A DNA stretch of 64,000 nucleotides. Origin: a virus (Duplodnaviria; Caudoviricetes). The stretch lies in IMG/VR virus record IMGVR_UViG_3300029288_000144, positions 13,464 through 77,463 of that record, one strand, 5' to 3'. This document shows, piece after piece, positions 57,442-64,000 of this stretch. The notes beneath the pieces are model-generated. The model saw only the letters and a list, made by a program, of their open reading frames with translations. It made no database searches and had not been told where the DNA came from. The position numbers and the translations under genes are program-made. How positions within the stretch are numbered: position 1 is the stretch's first letter; each line of letters opens with the position of its first letter.

Positions 57442-59037
57442 TTATAAATTTCCGAATAATCCACTATCTGGCTTATAATCCGATAAACTTTTATAGTTTC
57501 CAAGATTGTAATCATCAAAATCTTTTCCAATAAAATTATCATCTAATATGGCAAAATTGTCAAATTCGTTCTTTTCATTCTCACCTGTTTTTTTTACCGA
57601 GGACGAATCAAAGAAATCGGTGTTCACATAATACAATCCCCAAATCAAACTCGTAACACAATCATCATTCTCATTAGCACCCTCAGCATGATAAACGTTA
57701 GGAGAAACTTCAACATAACGAGACAGTTCGTAAATAGTTCTCTTGTCACAAATACTCAACCAACCATTCTCAAGATATTTCTTTAGAAGCAAATTACCCT
57801 CAAGCTTTGATTTTCTAGTGGCCCGAATTCCATATCCCTTCTTGTCACAATTCAACAAACGGTCAAATTCCTTCTTGTTCCACAAATCACTACAAAATAA
57901 TTCACCAACATCATTAGACTCAGCCATCACTTCACACTCATTGTAAAAATCCGAAATGCCAATAGTGATTTCCTCTAACTTGTCTATCTTGATGTAGTTA
58001 GAACGGAAAACAGCTACCTGATGAATTTCATACTCTGATACAATTTTTAGAACTTGAATAACAGAATAATCATTTCCAGAACCCTTGCCTGGGTCGACTC
58101 CTAAAATGTATTTCTCACCTTCAATCGGCTGCTCGTAAATCTGTAATGCCCCGGAATAATGCGAAATGTCAATCGGCTCTTTTGGATTTAATTCTTCAAG
58201 TTTGTCGGCGTCAATCAATTGAGATGATGAACCTAAAAATTTGCAGTTAAATTCTTGTTGGAAACGGGCAGGGCCGCAATCTCGTATCATATCTTCTTTC
58301 CACTTCTCATCTCTATCAGGACGCGAATACCATGGAATTTTTACAGAATAATAATTATTTTCATTTAATGTTGCTTTTTTATAAATGTCATAAAAATGAT
58401 TTAATCCGTTTGGAGTTGAAACCATTATAATTTTTGATTTTTTACCAGAAGATATTGACGGATAAACTGAAGAATAAAAATCTTCCCAAATGTGGTCCGC
58501 CACATGAGCTGCCTCGTCAATTAAAATTTTGTTAACTGAAAATCCTTTGAGTGCGTTTCCTGAAGTTGCTTGTGCTATCAAACGAACTCCATTTTCTAAA
58601 GCTGTGGTTTTTTTATTCCACTCTATAACTCCTCGCTGCATCCACAAAGGAAGTAAAGAATATGACATTTGTATTCTGCTTAAAATTTCAATTGCGGTTG
58701 ATTCTTTATTTGCTAATATTCCAATTGTTTCGTCTTTGTTAAATAAAGCAGAATGTAAAAGATAAACCGTTGTTATTGTTGTTTTTGACATTTGACGAGC
58801 TGATAATACAATAACATGTCGTTTATCGTTTGGAGGATTTGTCATGACTTTCAATAATTGTTTCTGAAAACTCCACAACGGTATTAACATTTTTCCACTA
58901 TCTAATGTCATGATATAGAAATATTTTTCAGCCCAATACAAAATATCCTCTTTACATTTTATTATTTCTTTAATCATTTCTTGTGAATATTCAAATGTTT
59001 CTCCGGCTGCGCGAAGTGTTGGGTCGCCATTAAACAT
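57442..59037 (-). CDS. terL: terminase large subunit (gp17-like)
   Basis: GDPTLR, SARQMSKTT, IDEAAH, VSTPNG, QEFNCKF, GVDPGKG, NDDCV; start 59037 overlaps endonuclease stop. Confidence 0.96.
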   Translation of the reverse strand: MFNGDPTLRAAGETFEYSQEMIKEIIKCKEDILYWAEKYFYIMTLDSGKMLIPLWSFQKQLLKVMTNPPNDKRHVIVLSARQMSKTTITTVYLLHSALFNKDETIGILANKESTAIEILSRIQMSYSLLPLWMQRGVIEWNKKTTALENGVRLIAQATSGNALKGFSVNKILIDEAAHVADHIWEDFYSSVYPSISSGKKSKIIMVSTPNGLNHFYDIYKKATLNENNYYSVKIPWYSRPDRDEKWKEDMIRDCGPARFQQEFNCKFLGSSSQLIDADKLEELNPKEPIDISHYSGALQIYEQPIEGEKYILGVDPGKGSGNDYSVIQVLKIVSEYEIHQVAVFRSNYIKIDKLEEITIGISDFYNECEVMAESNDVGELFCSDLWNKKEFDRLLNCDKKGYGIRATRKSKLEGNLLLKKYLENGWLSICDKRTIYELSRYVEVSPNVYHAEGANENDDCVTSLIWGLYYVNTDFFDSSSVKKTGENEKNEFDNFAILDDNFIGKDFDDYNLGNYKSLSDYKPDSGLFGNL

Positions 59038-60130
59038 TTTTGCGTCCTCCTGGTTTTCTTTCAGCTGGTTCAAACCCCCAACCTAATTCTCTCCATGTCT
59101 TTCCTATCATTTCTTCTGTTATCTTTTGGTCTGTTATTTTGCTGAATATTTTCACAGTATTGTTGTTTTTAATTTTACACCTATCGTATATACAAACTTC
59201 CGAATTTCCTATTGCTTCGGATGCCGATTTTAAAGAATCAAATTTCCCAAACGGAGTTACATAATATCCTTTAAACCAAGAACTTTTATCCCCAACATTT
59301 AATCCTTTTAACGATTCTGATATATTTTTACATTGGTCATCCGTTCGTTTACTGCCTGTATTTTTTTCGGCGGTTTTTCTAATCTTCTCAGGGTCTCTAT
59401 TTGTTTTTTGGTTTTGTGGGCATTCCCTTCCAGTTAATGACATCGAAACCTTTCTACATCTTTCCGGGTCTTTGTTAGCTTTTTTAGAAGCTTCTGAATT
59501 CTTTAATGCTTCAGACATTTTCTTAGAATGCTCTTTGGATTTCATTGTGGTTTGAAATTTTTCAGAATTTCTATTTCCGTTAGATATTTTTTCACGAACC
59601 TCTTCTGATGACATCGCCGCTTTATGCGCTTCTGATTTTCTTAACGAATTAGATAGTTTTCTAGCTCTTTCTTCGGAATGAACCACCTGTTGAAAAACTT
59701 CTGAATTATTCAAGCCATTTTTTATATTTTGTTTCCACTCGTCTGTTAATGGAACCCCTTGGCGTTGTTCTCTTAATTTCTGTCTTGTTTCTTCCGTGTG
59801 AGTTTTACCCCAAAATGGATTTAATTCCCCCGGAAGACCACCTCCGAATCCACCCAAACAGAGATTATAAACATCGTCTCTTTCGATGAATTCCTCGTTA
59901 ACAATTTCTCTTTCTTTTTTAGTAGCTTCTTCTTGTGTTTCAAAAACGTGAAGAATTTCTCTTTTGAAGTTTTTCTTTCCATGTTTTTCAATTGCTTTTT
60001 TTAACAGATATCCACTTCCTAGATAAGAATCTTTTTCTATATTTTCCGAAGCGTGGTAGCCAATATAAATTTTCCCATTTATCAGATTTGTTGTTTTGTA
60101 GATATAGAATTTAATTTCGTTTTCGTTCAT
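59030..60130 (-). CDS. GIY-YIG homing endonuclease (Seg-like) with NUMOD3 repeats
   Basis: YIYKTTNLINGKIYIG, YLGSG, YNL..GG, NPFWGKTHTEETR and ~6 further helical repeats. Confidence 0.9.
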   Translation of the reverse strand: MNENEIKFYIYKTTNLINGKIYIGYHASENIEKDSYLGSGYLLKKAIEKHGKKNFKREILHVFETQEEATKKEREIVNEEFIERDDVYNLCLGGFGGGLPGELNPFWGKTHTEETRQKLREQRQGVPLTDEWKQNIKNGLNNSEVFQQVVHSEERARKLSNSLRKSEAHKAAMSSEEVREKISNGNRNSEKFQTTMKSKEHSKKMSEALKNSEASKKANKDPERCRKVSMSLTGRECPQNQKTNRDPEKIRKTAEKNTGSKRTDDQCKNISESLKGLNVGDKSSWFKGYYVTPFGKFDSLKSASEAIGNSEVCIYDRCKIKNNNTVKIFSKITDQKITEEMIGKTWRELGWGFEPAERKPGGRKNV

Positions 60131-60168
60131 ATATAATGCATCCCTCTACATTTATATATGTCTCTTTT

Positions 60169-60762
60169 CTAATCTTTCTTATAAAATTTTCTGTAAATTT
60201 CTGATGTTAGACCAAAATCGAGTAGGAGAACTTTTCCATTTTTTTGACCCCAGCTCGAGATTCTGACCATATCTCCAACTGACAAATCGTAATCATCTAT
60301 TAGTTTTGCTAATTCTCTCAGGAGTTTATTGTTTTCTATTTCTATTTCTTTTTTTGAATCTAAATCTACTTTATTTCTTTTTTTGTCTTTTTTGTATTTG
60401 AGCAATTCGTAGAGTCTTGTTATAGAAATGTTTGCCAGTGTTTTGAATTGTTCTATTGTGACTGGTTCGACTTTTTCAAACACAGACCAAGATGAATCTT
60501 CAGAAAATTTGATTAGATTAGGAACACAATCTGGTTTTATCAGCCCAATGGAAATTTCTACTTTATTTTGTTCTATTCCTTTTTGATTTTTGGCAATTTT
60601 AATAACAGATTCTCCAAAATCAAACACGTTTCTTGATGAACCTTTTGCCAGTTCGTTTAAGTGTGTTCGGCAGTAGAATAGTTTGTTAGAAATTGTTTTT
60701 TGATTGTTTAGTTCGTCTATTGAAAATGGGTTTATTGACTGGATATATTGGAAGTATAACAT
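60169..60762 (-). CDS. protein kinase-like protein
   Basis: KGSSRNVF, VIKIAK, N..E, GDMVRISSWG, LLDFGL; TATAAATA upstream. Confidence 0.72.
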   Translation of the reverse strand: MLYFQYIQSINPFSIDELNNQKTISNKLFYCRTHLNELAKGSSRNVFDFGESVIKIAKNQKGIEQNKVEISIGLIKPDCVPNLIKFSEDSSWSVFEKVEPVTIEQFKTLANISITRLYELLKYKKDKKRNKVDLDSKKEIEIENNKLLRELAKLIDDYDLSVGDMVRISSWGQKNGKVLLLDFGLTSEIYRKFYKKD

Positions 60763-60771
60763 GCTTTCTAT

Positions 60772-60799
60772 TATTTATAGAACTTGAAAATACTAAATA
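60772..60799. promoter_or_regulatory. back-to-back late promoters
   Basis: TATAAATA on - (60772-79) and CTAAATA on + (60793-99). Confidence 0.65.
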
Positions 60800-60804
60800 C
60801 TCTT

Positions 60805-62136
60805 ATGGAAAGCTACGGAATAGACACATATTTTATTCAAAGAGGAACCTCCGCCTGGGTAGAATGTGACACTGTTTGTTATCATTCTAAGAATCTTTTC
60901 AACCAAGCTAACTATCGTATCAGACAACAGTGGTTTAATAATCATAAATACATCAACAATTTTGAACTCCAAAAACAACTACAAAACGAGAAATTAGAAT
61001 GCTACACAAATCTTCCCGCCAAAGTCTCACAACAAGTTATACGGGCGTTGGATGTAAGTTGGAAATCATTCTTCGCCGCACTAAAGTCGTTCAAAAAGAA
61101 TCCCAAAAAGTTCAAAGGTAAACCTAAACCGCCCAACTACAAAGATAAAGATGGACGAAATTCCGCAACTTTTGACCTTGGTGTAATTTCCGAAAAATAT
61201 CTGAAAGAAAATCAATTAAAATTTGTTAGAATAAATCTTTTCATTCAACTCAGATTGATAGAAGAAGTAGACCAAGATGGTGTTGTTACCTACAAAACAA
61301 GACTAAATCTAAGAGATGTGACACTAATCCCAAGAAATGACGGCTACGAAATCGTTGTCAAATACAAAAAAGAAAAAGAACCATCTAAAATCTGCGGCGA
61401 ATATTTTGCAGGAATAGATATTGGTTTGAATAATTTAGCTACTATCATAACTAATAACAAAAAAGCCGATTCTTTTATTATCAACGGCAAACCTTTGAAA
61501 GCTCTGAACGCATACTACAACAAAAGAGTTGCCAAATTAAATTCAAAGATTGACATAACAAAATCTAGAAGAGAAAAGAAAAGACTTCAAAATGAAAGAA
61601 AGAAATTAGTAAGAAAGCGTCACTTCAGAATCAAACATTACTTACATGAGACTTCCAAGATGATTGTTACTCAATTAGCTTCTTTAGGTGTTCAGACTTT
61701 AGTAGTCGGCAAAAACACTGGATGGAAACAAGAAATAAGCATCGGGACGAAAAATAACCAAAACTTTGTCTACATACCTCACGCCAAATTCATTGATATG
61801 TTGAAATATAAATGGGAACAAATTGGCGGAACTTTCGTAACTCAAGAAGAAAGCTACATCTCAAAATGTTCTTTCCTTGCCGGAGAAGCGGTAGAGAAAC
61901 ATGAAACACATTTAGGCAGAAGAGAGAAGAGAGGATTGTTTGTTTCCGGCCAAAATAAGAAATTAAATGCTGATATTAACGGAGCTGGGAACATTTTGAA
62001 AAAAGGAGTTAGCAACGCTTTTGACCTATGGTTGGAAGATGAGCTAATTAAAGGGTTTTGTAATTACCCTCGGAGATTAACACCTCCTCAGAAAATGAAA
62101 TATGTTTCTGAAAATGTTTGTAAAGAAAAGATTTAA
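60805..62136 (+). mobile_element. tnpB: TnpB RNA-guided nuclease (IS1341-like, rearranged RuvC-II), no transposase
   Basis: SKNLFNQANY, AGIDIGLNNL, LVVGKN..WK, QEESY.SK, NADINGAGNI; ATG 60805. Confidence 0.9.
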
Positions 62137-62170
62137 TTTTATCTTACAAAACAAAATTATTGGAAAAAGT

Positions 62171-62482
62171 TCATATTTTTTTAATTATAATCTGTTCTAT
62201 TTCTTTTCTCGATTTTTCAACGATGTCTATTTCACACAATCTTGAAAACCATTCTCTTGTCACTAAATTTTGTCGGTCTTCAAGAACAGACATTAGACTT
62301 TCATAATCTTTTGATTCCATGATGATAAGGAATTTATCAAACCACGAGCGTTGCTGTTTCTTAACAACAGATTCGGTTAATTTACCATAAAATCCTTTAT
62401 CGTAGTATTTTCGAAAAACTTCTTCGAAAATATCTAACTTGGATTGTTTAACAGATGCCTGATAATATTCCTTAAATCTCAA
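62171..62482 (-). CDS. small putative head-internal protein
   Basis: MRFKEYY leader, LTES site, late promoter at 62504-11 plus AGGAG SD. Confidence 0.6.
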   Translation of the reverse strand: MRFKEYYQASVKQSKLDIFEEVFRKYYDKGFYGKLTESVVKKQQRSWFDKFLIIMESKDYESLMSVLEDRQNLVTREWFSRLCEIDIVEKSRKEIEQIIIKKI

Positions 62483-62514
62483 GTAATGCTCCTGGCTTTG
62501 AATTATTTATGCTA

Positions 62515-63048
62515 TTAGTTTTTAACATTATCCGTGTCTTGGTCAAAATTGACTTCAATAGCATTTAATTGAGAATTTTGTTGAGCTTCGCGAATCATTT
62601 TATCTATGTCATTTGAATTTAGGATATACGAATTATTAACTGTAACCGGTCCGGTGATTTGATTTTTTGTGACGCCAGTTTCTGTTTCTCTTACTGTCAT
62701 TCTTCTTTCGGCAATAGAAATATCTACAATGTCTCTATTTAACTGTCTTAATTCTCTTAGCGCATTTTGAATTGTGTTACAAACAAGTGTATAAACTTCA
62801 AACATTGACGCTTTTGTTCCTTGCTTCATTAGTTCGTCTTCTAAACGTGTTTTTATGTTTTGATTTGAAGCGATTAAAGATTTCAATTCAAATTCTAAGT
62901 ATTCTTTATCTTCTAAAGAAAATGCTTTCTTTTTAGCTTTTTCTTTAGTTTTTTCCAACGCTTGAATTTCGTTGTTAATATTTGGTATGTTTAATTCTGA
63001 TTCTTCTGGTTTGAAACTCGTATTTAATGCTTCAGATATTAGGTCCAT
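62515..63048 (-). CDS. terS: terminase small subunit (gp16-like)
   Basis: helical; ELKSLI..MFEVYTLV..I..L..L, then NNSYI..S.D; upstream of TerL. Confidence 0.65.
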   Translation of the reverse strand: MDLISEALNTSFKPEESELNIPNINNEIQALEKTKEKAKKKAFSLEDKEYLEFELKSLIASNQNIKTRLEDELMKQGTKASMFEVYTLVCNTIQNALRELRQLNRDIVDISIAERRMTVRETETGVTKNQITGPVTVNNSYILNSNDIDKMIREAQQNSQLNAIEVNFDQDTDNVKN

Positions 63049-63063
63049 TTGGTTCTCCTGTAA

Positions 63064-63930
63064 TTATATATGTTTTTGGTTTCTAAAAGCAAAATTAAAT
63101 ACAAATTTACTATAATCAAAGTCTTTATATTTAACTCCGGGAAGATTATTCTTGATAGCATATTCTTCTAGTAAATTATACATAGTATCAATTGTTGTTT
63201 GATAATCTTTCTTTTTATTTGTTGGGTGCCATCTATGAAAAACAGTATGCTCTGGTTTAATTGATAATATACTCATATCCAAAAACATCGAAATCAACCC
63301 AACAATAGTATCTTCTCCACCGTATAATCCATCACAAGTCGGCGAAAATATTCTTTTTTTTCTGGTTATATCGTAGTTGACATTTATTATATTGATAGCC
63401 GCGTTAGGAGTTATTCCAAGACAACACGACCAAATAATCATACCGGGTTTAGATAGACCACGGTTTGTTATTATCATATTACCATCTTTGCTGAAAATTT
63501 TATCACGCAGCCACGGAATTGAAACGCGGGAATCCTCCTCAATTCCACCAAATTCGGTTTCTAGATTGCGACTAGCTATTACAATTCCATTATTGTTTAT
63601 ATAAAAAGCTTTAGCAAATTCCTCAAACAGATATGGTGACGGTGAGCAATCTCCGTCTAAGAATATTGCCGGATACTTGTTGTGTTTTTCCCACGCTAAA
63701 TCTCTACAATATCCCGCCATAAATCCATCACCGTCATTATTGATAATTATATCCACTGTATTTGTTTTGGCAAATTCATTGATTATTTCTTCCGAAGTAT
63801 CACTACACCTATCAAGAACAAAAACAAAAATCTCAGGTTTGTATGACTGCGACGAATATGCCTGAAGAATATCTGGAAGATTTTTGGATTGGTTGTGGAT
63901 TATTGTGATTGTATTAAATTTAGCCCGCAT
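63064..63930 (-). CDS. glycosyltransferase family 2, paralog of 38308..39507
   Basis: HNQSKNL, LDRCSDTS, MAGYCRD, FLDGD, YGGED, HRWH; start 63930 preferred, track gives 63975. Confidence 0.85.
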   Translation of the reverse strand: MRAKFNTITIIHNQSKNLPDILQAYSSQSYKPEIFVFVLDRCSDTSEEIINEFAKTNTVDIIINNDGDGFMAGYCRDLAWEKHNKYPAIFLDGDCSPSPYLFEEFAKAFYINNNGIVIASRNLETEFGGIEEDSRVSIPWLRDKIFSKDGNMIITNRGLSKPGMIIWSCCLGITPNAAINIINVNYDITRKKRIFSPTCDGLYGGEDTIVGLISMFLDMSILSIKPEHTVFHRWHPTNKKKDYQTTIDTMYNLLEEYAIKNNLPGVKYKDFDYSKFVFNFAFRNQKHI

Positions 63931-64000
63931 ATCTACCTGCACAGAAAGCATACCACTTACCGCCATCATAAACAAAAACAGTGTTTCCGGTGGGGTCGTG

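Noticed and set aside
28881-59264. Numerous 60-190 aa + strand ORFs across the structural cluster
   Set aside because: Antisense to well-supported genes, with no SD or recognisable motifs.
60784-60804. Upstream ORF-track starts (60784, 10987, 18650, 59073, 4154)
   Set aside because: Promoter, SD or stop-start overlap positions favour downstream ATGs (60805, 10876, 18611, 59037, 4163).
52063-62136. TnpB or GIY-YIG genes as group I intron or intein cargo
   Set aside because: Flanking genes (gp14, terL, kinase) appear complete; TerL is normal length with no intein motifs; no intron core recognised.
1-64000. Genome-wide TAG (or TGA) stop-codon reassignment
   Set aside because: Genes up to 2471 aa are uninterrupted in the standard code, and TAG/TGA end genes normally; only one isolated internal TAG was seen.
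1-64000. CRISPR array, tRNA or rRNA genes
   Set aside because: No regularly spaced direct repeats or cloverleaf/T-loop signatures found by eye in the few intergenic gaps; a tRNAscan/CRISPR scan would be definitive.

Overview
AT-rich segment of a large T4-like (probably jumbo) myophage genome. Left ~21 kb, mostly + strand, is an accessory region: about 27 translationally coupled 55-110 aa micro-genes that share an N-terminal MKIxL strand and a C-terminal KR[FLM]K motif, interrupted by an RNA-repair trio (Pnk/phosphatase, Rnl1, second RNA ligase). It also holds late-promoter genes with T4-style capsid-targeting/protease-cleavage signatures (a duplicated Fis-HTH plus partner pair, a tandem DUF3140 protein) and an NAD-dependent DNA ligase. 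Right ~43 kb, - strand, is the late morphogenesis cluster: TerS, TerL, sheath, two tube-like genes, gp26-like chaperone, neck gp14, two paralogous tape-measure-like proteins (one with a lytic transglycosylase), gp48/54, gp53, gp27, gp5, gp25, gp6, a 2471-aa gp7-like fusion, a YadA-repeat fibre, gp3 and PhoH. Embedded in it are two GT2 glycosyltransferases, an FN3-SGNH protein, a kinase-like protein, a GIY-YIG homing endonuclease and two transposase-free TnpB genes under T4-type late promoters. Best leads: the micro-gene array with non-AUG coupled starts; possible phage-encoded virion glycosylation; a start-less gp51-like frame reachable by a +1 frameshift from gp26; leaderless late mRNAs including one tnpB; and a probably packaged kinase. 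All protein assignments come from motif recognition by eye; no database searches were run.
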